Below are positions 54,356 through 63,402 of a DNA stretch of 64,000 nt, one piece after another. Each line of letters opens with the position of its first letter. Position 1 is the first letter of the stretch. The translations under genes were made by a program, and so were the position numbers. This DNA is from a virus. Its lineage: Duplodnaviria > Caudoviricetes. The stretch covers positions 224,001 to 288,000 of the IMG/VR virus record IMGVR_UViG_3300027804_002812. The stretch is one strand, 5' to 3'. The notes under the pieces were generated by a model. That model saw only the letters and a list, made by a program, of their open reading frames with translations, did no database searches and was not told where the DNA came from.

Positions 54356-54780
54356 TAGTTACCTATTAATAAAAACGTGGTTAATCCCAACCCTGCAAAA
54401 GTACCCAACTTCCATAAAAAAGTTTGAGCTCTTTGTCCCTTTAATTCTTTATGTAAACTATCCGTTAACTCTTTGGATAATTTAAGTTGCTCGTCCTTTT
54501 TTCCAATGATGAACTGATTATTCTCATCTTTTTGTGTCAAAATGGTAATGATATTATCTTTTTGTGACTCTCTTTCCTCCACTTTTTGAAGTTTGAGTTT
54601 CATAAATCCCATTTCTTCCTTCAATCCATCATATTTCAACAAATCTTGATAGACCAATCTGGCAACTCTAACGCTTAATACTACTTTGGAAGAATCTGTT
54701 GTCTCAGTTTGAATAACGGTCTGCGAAAAGCTTCTCGAGCTCAACATTACCAATAAAACCAACACTAATAACTTTTTCAT
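54355..54780 (-). CDS. Signal peptide + coiled coil + C-terminal TM protein (spanin-like candidate)
   Basis: MKKLLVLVLLVMLSSRSFSQ; C-terminal FLWKLGTFAGLGLTTFLLI; overlaps 54704..55054. Confidence 0.5.
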   Translation of the reverse strand: MKKLLVLVLLVMLSSRSFSQTVIQTETTDSSKVVLSVRVARLVYQDLLKYDGLKEEMGFMKLKLQKVEERESQKDNIITILTQKDENNQFIIGKKDEQLKLSKELTDSLHKELKGQRAQTFLWKLGTFAGLGLTTFLLIGN

Positions 54781-55054
54781 CAGTTTGTTCTTTTACCATT
54801 TCTATATTGTTATCGATTTCATGAATTTCTTTGGTTATAGAATTTACTGTTTCTTTTATTACCAAAACTTTTTCATCCATCTCTTTATTGACAGATTGAG
54901 CAGAATCAATTTCAACTTGGATATTCTCAATTTTTTCTTTATAGGATTTAACATCTGTTTTAATCCCATTTGTATTCAAAATATTCCATAACGCTAACAC
55001 TAATACTATCACTAGTAATATGTTTTGTTTGTTATTGATTATTTTCTCTCTCAT
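54704..55054 (-). CDS. N-terminal TM + coiled-coil protein (i-spanin-like candidate)
   Basis: ILLVIVLVLALWNIL then a long heptad helix. Confidence 0.5.
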   Translation of the reverse strand: MREKIINNKQNILLVIVLVLALWNILNTNGIKTDVKSYKEKIENIQVEIDSAQSVNKEMDEKVLVIKETVNSITKEIHEIDNNIEMVKEQTDEKVISVGFIGNVELEKLFADRYSN

Positions 55055-55055
55055 C

Positions 55056-55628
55056 TTAAACTGGTGATTCCGATGTCTTCTTTCTATTCGCCAAAACTTT
55101 ACCCCACTTGGACTTAAATTTTTGGTAGAATTGTTGAAGTTTATTTATTAAAGTTAAAAACTCCTCATCGACTTTTATCATTTCTCCATTGATGTATATT
55201 CCACTGTTCTCTCCAATTGTTAGGATGAAATCAATGTCTTCATCAATAAGTTTCCCCGACCACTCAACGCTATTTTTATATACATTCAATGTGTTGAAAT
55301 CAACCAAGTCGGAAACCTCCTCAACGAATTCGTCCATCGTCTCTTGGAAAGCAACTTTCTCATCTGTGGTGATATCCAAATCACTTCTATCTTTACCGTG
55401 AAGTTTCAAAATACCACCAGAAATTCTGTATTTTTGGGACTTGTCTTTTGGAGTTGGTTCTTCACCAGCTTCAATATCAGTCTCAGCAGTATCATACTCA
55501 ACATCTTGTTGGATCCTACTTTCAACATCTTTAGCAACGTTTATTTGTCCGTCTTGCTCAAAGAGTAATTTGGACTTCTTTAATAGAGATTTAATCTCAT
55601 CGTACCTTTCGTTATGCAAATTGCTCAT
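55056..55628 (-). CDS. Leader-like tagged hypothetical protein
   Basis: IKSLLKKSKLLFEQ N-terminus. Confidence 0.7.
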   Translation of the reverse strand: MSNLHNERYDEIKSLLKKSKLLFEQDGQINVAKDVESRIQQDVEYDTAETDIEAGEEPTPKDKSQKYRISGGILKLHGKDRSDLDITTDEKVAFQETMDEFVEEVSDLVDFNTLNVYKNSVEWSGKLIDEDIDFILTIGENSGIYINGEMIKVDEEFLTLINKLQQFYQKFKSKWGKVLANRKKTSESPV

Positions 55629-56217
55629 TTTCTAAAAATTTAATAAAGGTTTCGAAATTGAATGATGGGCTCAAGTCTGTGAATGTGGAGTTATAGTTAC
55701 TTCTCGAGCAAATACCCTCGAAGTTTTCTATATTATCCACTTTCGTATTATGACCTACACACGTCTTTTCAATCTGAAGAGTATCTGTCAAATACTTACA
55801 CAACTCAGCAGTCATTTGAATTTGCTCAGGAGTGTAAGGTTGCCAAAAATAATAGTCTCTCCATTTTTTTTCGTAAACCTGTTGATTATAAATACTTCCT
55901 TTCCAGTTAATATAATGATTGGATAATGGTTTCTTTTCCAACCATCCCAAATTCTCCAAACTCACAATTATCGAAAGTTTATTTGTTATTACATCGTCAA
56001 AGAAATTACTATGTCCTTCATTGGACAATAATTGTAATACCCTTCCATCTCGAGTCACAACATAGTTTGGTATTTTATCGTATTTGGTGTTGTACCTAAA
56101 CGTAAGGGAAGCCAAGTATTCCTCGACTTCCCTTGAAGTATGACACAAAATTATTTGCGTCTTTTGTTTGTATTTTCCTGTTGGTTTGAATTTTCCGTAT
56201 CTTTCAATATTAACCAT
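55612..56217 (-). CDS. N-acetylmuramoyl-L-alanine amidase (Amidase_2), probable endolysin
   Basis: ILCHT, YVVTRDGRVLQL, SIIVSLEN, VGHN, TDLSP. Confidence 0.8.
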   Translation of the reverse strand: MVNIERYGKFKPTGKYKQKTQIILCHTSREVEEYLASLTFRYNTKYDKIPNYVVTRDGRVLQLLSNEGHSNFFDDVITNKLSIIVSLENLGWLEKKPLSNHYINWKGSIYNQQVYEKKWRDYYFWQPYTPEQIQMTAELCKYLTDTLQIEKTCVGHNTKVDNIENFEGICSRSNYNSTFTDLSPSFNFETFIKFLENEQFA

Positions 56218-56920
56218 GACTTCTCAAATAACTGAGCCTTTTAACTTCAGAATCAGAATTTGATTCTTCTTTGAGTTCATTTTCTAAAACTCCAAATTTT
56301 TGTTCATTCAGTTTTCTTAATTCATTTTCCAACTTTTCCAGTTCTTCTTGAGTTGGTGTATATTTTTCTTTATCGACTTCCGCCTCCATCTTACCCGCCT
56401 GAATACTTAATTGGTCAATATCCAAAACTTGAGGTTGTGGAGTTGGCGTTTTTTTCTTTTCCTCTTCTTCAAACTTAACTAACATGTGCAAGAATGAAAG
56501 AGAAATTATTGGTAACATACCTCCAGCAAACAAAGCCAAAAATCTTTTATGACCAACAAAATCACCAGATTCAACACCCAAATAACTAACAAAAGGATCA
56601 ACTAAATCAACCCAATCCTTAAATGATTGTGAATCAACATCGATGTATTGATAGGCAAAGAAAATATTTCCAATGAACTGAATAAGTGTCACAATACCGA
56701 ATGGGAAATATACCTTAGATCCCATCTGTGCTGAGATTGCCGCCAATGCAGAAAGAGCAGCGATTTCAATACCCACTGACAAATAAATCGCCCAACTTAA
56801 TGGATTTGATAATCCATACCAAGAAGTTACGTGAGATATGGATACAAATGCAACGGTTAAGATTGGAACTAAAAAGGAAATATAAATTATTGCCTTGAAA
56901 TTCTTCTGAACCCAATTCAT
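56210..56920 (-). CDS. Multi-TM membrane protein with charged tail (holin-like candidate)
   Basis: Four hydrophobic segments; adjacent to the amidase. Confidence 0.5.
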   Translation of the reverse strand: MNWVQKNFKAIIYISFLVPILTVAFVSISHVTSWYGLSNPLSWAIYLSVGIEIAALSALAAISAQMGSKVYFPFGIVTLIQFIGNIFFAYQYIDVDSQSFKDWVDLVDPFVSYLGVESGDFVGHKRFLALFAGGMLPIISLSFLHMLVKFEEEEKKKTPTPQPQVLDIDQLSIQAGKMEAEVDKEKYTPTQEELEKLENELRKLNEQKFGVLENELKEESNSDSEVKRLSYLRSHG

Positions 56921-57204
56921 TTCCTCTGTGATTTAAGTTTTTTTATCTCATCTTCGATTTCAGTTTGTCTTCTGACATCAAATAATTTTCTATCGGTAGC
57001 CTGAATCATTCTTTTTTCTGCCTCCAATCCTGAGATTTGTAATTCAATGTTTAATTCTTGTTTGGTATATGTCGAATCTTTAATTGCGGTAATCTCTTGT
57101 CTTACTTTGGTTAATTCTCTTGAATCACCACAAGACTTGAACAATGTGAGTAAGGTGATTACCAAAACAATAATAACAAAGTTGTTTTCAATAAATTTTT
57201 TCAT
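56917..57204 (-). CDS. Membrane/lipoprotein-like coiled-coil protein
   Basis: Hydrophobic N-terminus ending LFKSC. Confidence 0.5.
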   Translation of the reverse strand: MKKFIENNFVIIVLVITLLTLFKSCGDSRELTKVRQEITAIKDSTYTKQELNIELQISGLEAEKRMIQATDRKLFDVRRQTEIEDEIKKLKSQRK

Positions 57205-57273
57205 AACAATTTTATTTTGATTTATCCTTAAAATATAAAAGGTGTATTAAATAAATACACCCTTTATCCTAAT

Positions 57274-58071
57274 TTACAGATAGTCGAAGAGAATACCCGT
57301 TTCGTTTCGTAACTTTCTCAAAGCTTTTTCTTTGATTTGTCTAACCCTTTCTTTGGTCAAATCGAAGTCAGTTCCAATGTCCTCAAGGGTTCTTGTTGAA
57401 CCTGATAACCCAAAATAATCTTCAATAATCACCTTTTCTCTCTCGTCTAAGACATCCAACATATTCAAAAGTTTTTCTTTCAAAGTGTCTTCAGTGGATA
57501 AATTTTTGTCAGCCAAATCAGCGTTTGGATTAACCAAAATGTCCAATAATGTATCACCTTCTTCATTAAGTGGATTATCCAAGTTAATGGTATAAGGTAG
57601 ATTCACCATCTTTTCGGGTAATTCAACACCAGCCTTTTCAAGTTCTTTCTTAGCCTTATGAAGTTCTTGGACAACATTGACAGGAAGACGAATGGTTCTC
57701 GCGTTCTCATTCAAAGATTGCAATATGGATTGTCTAACCCACCATACAGCATAAGAAATGAATCTTAATCTTTTAGTCCAATCAAAGTTTTCGATCGCCT
57801 TCATCAATCCAAGATTACCTTCAGCAATCAAATCACATAAATCCAAACCTTGATTCTGATATTGTTTGGACACGGTGATAACGAAACGCAAGTTACCTTC
57901 CAATAATTCTTTTTGGATTTCTTTCTTCTCTTCTTCAGTAATAAACCCTGATAACATTCTTTCAGCAAGTTCACGTTCCCTCTCAGGAGTCATGACCTTA
58001 ATTTTTCGAATGTCTTTCAGATAATGACTGATTTCTTCTTGATTAATTGGAATTGAGGATTTTTCTTTCAT
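57274..58071 (-). CDS. rpoD: RNA polymerase sigma-70 factor, Bacteroidota RpoD/SigA-like
   Basis: NLRFVITVSKQYQNQG..DLIAEGNLGL...FISYAVWWVRQSI; region 4 TLEDIG...LTKERVRQIKEKALRKL; no region 1.1. Confidence 0.9.
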   Translation of the reverse strand: MKEKSSIPINQEEISHYLKDIRKIKVMTPERERELAERMLSGFITEEEKKEIQKELLEGNLRFVITVSKQYQNQGLDLCDLIAEGNLGLMKAIENFDWTKRLRFISYAVWWVRQSILQSLNENARTIRLPVNVVQELHKAKKELEKAGVELPEKMVNLPYTINLDNPLNEEGDTLLDILVNPNADLADKNLSTEDTLKEKLLNMLDVLDEREKVIIEDYFGLSGSTRTLEDIGTDFDLTKERVRQIKEKALRKLRNETGILFDYL

Positions 58072-58072
58072 A

Positions 58073-58627
58073 TTAGTTATTACTGTAGTTTTGAAGTAGA
58101 GTTAATTCGTGTTTGGTAAGGGAGTCCATTCCTAAGACATTAATCTTATCCAAGATGGTATCCAAAGTTGTTTTCACTGCTGGAGTACCCATCCAAGGTG
58201 CAAGCTTGGACTTGAATTGTGACTCCAATTCATTTGAAAAACTCATATCGATATCATCCTCATCATAGTCATTATACAAATCAGTATTCTCAACAACACC
58301 TTTCATGTCGATTGAATAGTCATTATTTTGTCCAGGATTATCTAAATCAAATAAATGTCCAGATTTTTCGTAAGGGACATGAACTGACACTTTGTCAGAT
58401 ACTTCTGTCAAAATTAGTATTTCACTATCTACATGGATAAGTCCAGTGATATATTCAAAGATTTCGTCTTTAGGAACATCTGTTGCGAAGTACATCATTA
58501 TAATTCCTCCTCCGAATTGAAACTTCATGTTTGGTGAATCCACCAATGGTGCGACTGACATTACCATTTGATTACAACTTTCGTCTGTAATGAAATTACC
58601 AATAACTGTGGCTAAGTAGTTTTTCAT
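58073..58627 (-). CDS. Hypothetical protein with C-terminal DUF6576-like helix
   Basis: LDTILDKINVLGMDSLTKHELTLL. Confidence 0.7.
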   Translation of the reverse strand: MKNYLATVIGNFITDESCNQMVMSVAPLVDSPNMKFQFGGGIIMMYFATDVPKDEIFEYITGLIHVDSEILILTEVSDKVSVHVPYEKSGHLFDLDNPGQNNDYSIDMKGVVENTDLYNDYDEDDIDMSFSNELESQFKSKLAPWMGTPAVKTTLDTILDKINVLGMDSLTKHELTLLQNYSNN

Positions 58628-58642
58628 GTGTTTGATTATTTT

Positions 58643-59143
58643 TTACAAAGATACTGATTTAATATTACTAACAAAATATACTCTTCCTTTAGTTCCCGAA
58701 TGTTGCTCGTACCACTTACCTTCTTTATCTTTCCAAACATATGGATTGTTTGGGTCGACATCCCATCGATACTGTGAATAGAAGTCGAAATCTTTTTTTA
58801 ATAGATTGGATTTGTGTGAGTCATGAAACTTTTGATTACCGAACCAATCAGGATAGATTACTGGTTCATCAATATCCTCCTTATCCATAGTGTTCTTGAA
58901 CCCACGTTTAACCCACTCGTCAATACTTGCATTCAAGTACATCTTCAAAAGTGGAACATGGTTCCTCCACATAACAGAGCATGGATGGTTTACCCACCCT
59001 TTGTAGGGGGTACCATCCAACTTTAATCTGCCAGTGATTGCACTGATAATTTGATAGGTTTCAACTCGTTGTTTACCGAGTCTCTTGTTGTCAAGGACTC
59101 TCATTGATTCAGTAATGTCTGAGTATGGTAGGAATGTTTGCAT
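58643..59143 (-). CDS. Pyrimidine-dimer glycosylase-like / MSMEG_6728 family protein
   Basis: MQTFLPY...LDNKRLGKQRVE...NHPCSVMW...SHKSNLL.KD..FY; TATCTTTG 4 nt upstream of ATG. Confidence 0.8.
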   Translation of the reverse strand: MQTFLPYSDITESMRVLDNKRLGKQRVETYQIISAITGRLKLDGTPYKGWVNHPCSVMWRNHVPLLKMYLNASIDEWVKRGFKNTMDKEDIDEPVIYPDWFGNQKFHDSHKSNLLKKDFDFYSQYRWDVDPNNPYVWKDKEGKWYEQHSGTKGRVYFVSNIKSVSL

Positions 59144-59176
59144 ACCACAAAGATATACATTATGAATTGAATTGCA

Positions 59177-59782
59177 CTATTCCCACTCCAAAATTTGTTT
59201 GTTAATTTTGATAATTTGTTTTCTTAGATATTCTTGAACCAACTTTTTGAAATCACTATACCACTTTTGTTTTCCCTTGTCTGTGAATACCAAGTCTTTT
59301 TTCGCGTTTTTGATTTGAAGTTGACCTTTACCTAATGCTCCTACACCTAATACGGAAATATCCAATTCCCAAATGAAAAATACTTTGATGTCAACAATAT
59401 TTACCCACCCATTTTCGAGTTTATATTTCACAGATACATAAATAAGTTCTTTCTTATCGGATGAGAATAATTTCTTAATCTTATCTATAGAAGTAAGATT
59501 TGGCATCGAGAAACCAGAGTCCATGTCGTGAGTCTTAGGGTCGATATAGAACGATACCAAGTCAGAAACTAATGTAACATCTTCGATGGATTTTTTACTC
59601 CTTGGTCCCTTAGTTTCAGTAATCAAATCACTTTTGGCATTCATTAAAATTTCAGTCACCTTACTTTCTACCAAATCACCTACTGTTCTTTGCATGCCAC
59701 CATTAACCAATTCAAAACTTCTCAAGTTTTCGGTTAGCAAATTCTGAATGTACTCTTTTACCATTACTTTCTTTTTTTTCAT
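59177..59782 (-). CDS. PD-(D/E)XK type II restriction-endonuclease-like protein
   Basis: GDLVE...IEDV...YIDPKT...MPNLTSIDK...GKGQLQI. Confidence 0.55.
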   Translation of the reverse strand: MKKKKVMVKEYIQNLLTENLRSFELVNGGMQRTVGDLVESKVTEILMNAKSDLITETKGPRSKKSIEDVTLVSDLVSFYIDPKTHDMDSGFSMPNLTSIDKIKKLFSSDKKELIYVSVKYKLENGWVNIVDIKVFFIWELDISVLGVGALGKGQLQIKNAKKDLVFTDKGKQKWYSDFKKLVQEYLRKQIIKINKQILEWE

Positions 59783-59849
59783 ATCGTTTATTTTTGGTTA
59801 ACTTATTTTTCAAATATACTAAAAATTTTCGAATAAAAAAATCTCACAA

Positions 59850-62231
59850 TTATTGTGAGACTTTTGAAATATTATCAACCTTACTTATCCTGACCACGTT
59901 ATTGGACCAGTTATTTACAAGTGGATTGTGAGTGATTACAAATATCTTCTCAAAGTAATCTCTCATTTTGGTAAAGAATTCCCCAACCATTTCAAGATTA
60001 TCATTAGAAATTTTTCCGAACACTTCGTCCCACACAATTATGTTTGGTTTTGGAAGTGAACAAACTTTTGATAGTACCGCTCTCAATGCCATCGCTGCAA
60101 TCGTTCTTTCATAACCAGATCCTGACACCATCAGTTTTTCAACACCAGTGGAGTTATCTATCATGATGAACTCAACCTCATTCTTGTCATTGATACGGAT
60201 TTCCAAACTGAAGTACGCTGAGTCCTGAAGCAATCTCTGAAGTTCAGAATTAATCAATGGCATCATGGTCTTCATAATCATTTTGGTGATTCCATTCTTA
60301 CCATAAATTTCAACGTAGATTTTATAAATCTTTTCACGTTCAAACTCCTCAGCAATCTTAAGAATGATGTCGTTGTTCTTTTCGATTCTTGACTCCAAAG
60401 ATTCTATCCGTGTTGAATTTGTGGTCTGCGTTCTTTCATATCCCCGCTTTTCATTAATAAGTTCATCAATACGTAAACCAGCCTTAACTAACTGAGCGTC
60501 AATCTCATTATTTTTCTTAATCTTGTCTTGAACTTCCTCGTATCTTCTGAGTTTATCTTTAACTTGAGTCAATTTGAGTTCAGTGGATTCCAAAGATAGT
60601 TCATACTTCTCCTTGATGAGTTTGTTTCTTTCATATTCATCAAAGTCTTTCTTGAGTTGTGTGAAGGATTGTTCTTTCTTTTCGTACCCATCAATTTCTT
60701 CTTTGAAATCCTCAACAAGTCTTTTGAATGAATCGAGTTGTTTAATTTTCTCGTTGGTCAATTTAGCCTCCATCAATTTGATTCCACAATGTTCGCATTG
60801 AATTCCGTCACCATATTTTTCAATAAGGTCTTGGATTTCCTCAACTTTGTTCTCACAAGTAACCAGTTCGGCAAATCTTGATTTGATTACCTCTTTTACA
60901 TTATCATGTTTATCTTCATGATAAAACTCTTTTGGTTCAACGATTTTGATTTCGTTGATTTGTCTTGTGGTTTTATCTCTGGACTCTTCGAGGTCAGAGA
61001 TTTCTGATTGAAGTTTAATTGGATTCAAAGTAACCAATTCCTTATCCAAATCCATGAATTTAGATTTGAGAAGATTATCCTTGTATTCTTGTCCCTTCTG
61101 AAGTCTTGCATCCACGTCTGAGATGTTTTTGGACATCAAGTTAATCTCATCCTTCATTCTACCTATCTCCTCACCAGAGTTGATGTTATCTTGTTTCAGA
61201 GACTCTGTGTTATAGACATTGGACACCATCCCTTTGGAAAACTCAGAATAAATTTCTTTACCAGTTTCTTCCTTTTTCTTTAGGAATTCCAATCCAAGGA
61301 ATCTACTCAAGACCTGTCCTCTCGCAGTTGGTTTTGCCTCCAACAAGTCCTCAAGATTGGACGCGGTCGTAACAATAGTCATCAAGAAATCTTCCATACT
61401 TCCGATGGACTTCTTCATGAAATTTTCAGTCTCCCTTCTTTGTTCACCTGTGAAGTTTTGTAGTTGTCCGTCAGCAAGTTTTTTGAAAAACTCCAATTCA
61501 GTTTTGATATTCCATTCACCAGCCTTGGACTTCTTTCTTTCTATTTGACGCAAGATAACATAGTCTTCACCATCAATAGTAATATCACCTTGAACACTAA
61601 CTTTGTTTACATCGGTAAACCTATTGAAGATTTCTTCAGCCTTCTGAGTTTTGGTTGTTGTATTGAAGAATAAAAACAATAGAAGGTCAACGGTTAATAC
61701 CGTCTTCCCTCCAAAGTTTGGTGGATCTGATTCAACTACCGTAATCCCATTACACTTTTCAAAATCAATTACCTGATTCTGCCCGTAGGAAAGAAAATTA
61801 CTGAATTCAATCTTCTTGATGTACCATCTTTTGAATGGTGTCACCTCAACCTCATTCGCTAACATTCTGTTTTCAACCGCAAGGTCAATGTTCATAAGTT
61901 GGTCGAAGTATTGGTCTTGACCTTTGGATTCCAAATAACTTTTTACCAACTCTTTTTGATAATTCTTATCCATGATGTTTACTGAAACATCAATAGTCTG
62001 TTGGGATTCGTCATCAGAACTTTTCACTTTAGTAATAACGTTTATATTCGTTGAAGAATACTTTTTCATAAAGTATTGCTTCACAGACTTTATTCGTTCC
62101 TGAGTAAAGTTTTCTGGTGTGTCTTCCCAAATTACCTGTATATAAGGATTTTCCAAAATAGACGTATCTATATTATTTGGCATATTCGTGTAGTTGTAAG
62201 TTGGATATGGATTAAACAAATCCCATTTCAT
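59850..62231 (-). CDS. sbcC: SbcC/Rad50/gp46-like recombination ATPase
   Basis: NFLSYG, PNFGGKT, zinc hook CEHC, SGSGYE signature, WDEVFG, FVITH. Confidence 0.9.
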   Translation of the reverse strand: MKWDLFNPYPTYNYTNMPNNIDTSILENPYIQVIWEDTPENFTQERIKSVKQYFMKKYSSTNINVITKVKSSDDESQQTIDVSVNIMDKNYQKELVKSYLESKGQDQYFDQLMNIDLAVENRMLANEVEVTPFKRWYIKKIEFSNFLSYGQNQVIDFEKCNGITVVESDPPNFGGKTVLTVDLLLFLFFNTTTKTQKAEEIFNRFTDVNKVSVQGDITIDGEDYVILRQIERKKSKAGEWNIKTELEFFKKLADGQLQNFTGEQRRETENFMKKSIGSMEDFLMTIVTTASNLEDLLEAKPTARGQVLSRFLGLEFLKKKEETGKEIYSEFSKGMVSNVYNTESLKQDNINSGEEIGRMKDEINLMSKNISDVDARLQKGQEYKDNLLKSKFMDLDKELVTLNPIKLQSEISDLEESRDKTTRQINEIKIVEPKEFYHEDKHDNVKEVIKSRFAELVTCENKVEEIQDLIEKYGDGIQCEHCGIKLMEAKLTNEKIKQLDSFKRLVEDFKEEIDGYEKKEQSFTQLKKDFDEYERNKLIKEKYELSLESTELKLTQVKDKLRRYEEVQDKIKKNNEIDAQLVKAGLRIDELINEKRGYERTQTTNSTRIESLESRIEKNNDIILKIAEEFEREKIYKIYVEIYGKNGITKMIMKTMMPLINSELQRLLQDSAYFSLEIRINDKNEVEFIMIDNSTGVEKLMVSGSGYERTIAAMALRAVLSKVCSLPKPNIIVWDEVFGKISNDNLEMVGEFFTKMRDYFEKIFVITHNPLVNNWSNNVVRISKVDNISKVSQ

Positions 62232-62233
62232 TT

Positions 62234-62422
62234 TTATTGTTGTGTTTCAGAAGTTCCGTTTTGTTCAGACTCTTGTTTTTTCTTAAATTCTTCCATCTGA
62301 AGTTTCATTGTCTCATTAAACAACTTCTGAATTGCCGATTGTTGTGTCTTGATAGATTGATTTCTATTTTCAACTCTTTTTCTGTGAGCTTTAGCTCCAC
62401 CTCTTACTTTTGATTTTCCCAT
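62234..62422 (-). CDS. Small basic hypothetical protein
   Basis: 62 aa; KAHRKRV..RN. Confidence 0.65.
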   Translation of the reverse strand: MGKSKVRGGAKAHRKRVENRNQSIKTQQSAIQKLFNETMKLQMEEFKKKQESEQNGTSETQQ

Positions 62423-62426
62423 TTTG

Positions 62427-63020
62427 TTAGTCGTTTAATGTAAATAATTGAACGGTAACTCCCTTACCATTGGTCGCCTGAAAGTCATAATCAACTTCCA
62501 ATTCAGTTCCCTTGAAGAAAACTTTGTTAATAAAGTCCCAGTCTGCATAATCAGTCCCTATTGTACCAGGGATATATGAAAAATCTTTTGGTGATGGAAC
62601 TTCTTCAGATTCAAAATTAAATCCATAAACCATTCCTTTGTTCTCTTCCATAAACAGCAAAACATTCTCATTCTCACCTTCAGAAGGAAATCCATGATAA
62701 TCAACACTTTCATAATTTTCATCAATTTCATAGTGGTCAGTCATTTCATCCAATTTGAATGTAACAATGTCCTCACCATTTTCATCTGCAATTATGAAAC
62801 TAAGTCCATCATTGTCCATAGGTTTGTCAATAACCCACATATTTGTGTTAAAGGGTTCATAACCTTCAACGATTGTTTCCAAGTCCCAAGCCATTTCACT
62901 CAGGTCCTCATATCCATTTTCTTCTTGATATTCTTGAATATCTTGAACCTGTTGGTCGGTAAGGGATTGTGCGGATGCGTTCAATTCCCACCCGTAAACT
63001 TTTAATTGATACTTTGCCAT
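62427..63020 (-). CDS. Acidic hypothetical protein
   Basis: Start revised to MAKYQL. Confidence 0.7.
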   Translation of the reverse strand: MAKYQLKVYGWELNASAQSLTDQQVQDIQEYQEENGYEDLSEMAWDLETIVEGYEPFNTNMWVIDKPMDNDGLSFIIADENGEDIVTFKLDEMTDHYEIDENYESVDYHGFPSEGENENVLLFMEENKGMVYGFNFESEEVPSPKDFSYIPGTIGTDYADWDFINKVFFKGTELEVDYDFQATNGKGVTVQLFTLND

Positions 63021-63046
63021 TTTGTTTTTATTTTGTTGTTTGTTTT

Positions 63047-63397
63047 TTATTCTGATTTTGGTCGATTTACTTCGAACCATTCTACAATTGCATTTATTGC
63101 CCATACGGCTCCTGAGGCAAACATTCCATCAAAAAACCAAGAGTACCATAATGATTCCCCAATGATTATATTCCAAGGAGAATATACAAAAATTCCAATA
63201 AAGAATCCAACCCAAGTTGACGTACACATCATACATCTTAGCATATCGGATAAGAATATCCAAAAATCTTGGAAAATTGAGTCAACATCTGCCGCCCATT
63301 TGTTTATCGCGTTTCTTGGTCTATTGAAAATACTTCCATAAACGAGGATGTTGCTCATACCATAAGCCATTATCATCCATATTAATATTTGTACCAT
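63047..63397 (-). CDS. DUF1360-like membrane protein
   Basis: GSIF..PR....CMMCTSTWVGF. Confidence 0.65.
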   Translation of the reverse strand: MVQILIWMIMAYGMSNILVYGSIFNRPRNAINKWAADVDSIFQDFWIFLSDMLRCMMCTSTWVGFFIGIFVYSPWNIIIGESLWYSWFFDGMFASGAVWAINAIVEWFEVNRPKSE

Positions 63398-63402
63398 AAT
63401 TT

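Noticed and set aside
1202-63341. Numerous 60-130-aa ORFs antisense to or nested in longer genes (for example 1202, 3623, 4124, 11892, 22456, 33739, 51511, 52288, 62694)
   Set aside because: These are shadow frames of well-supported opposite-strand genes, with no motifs or expression signals.
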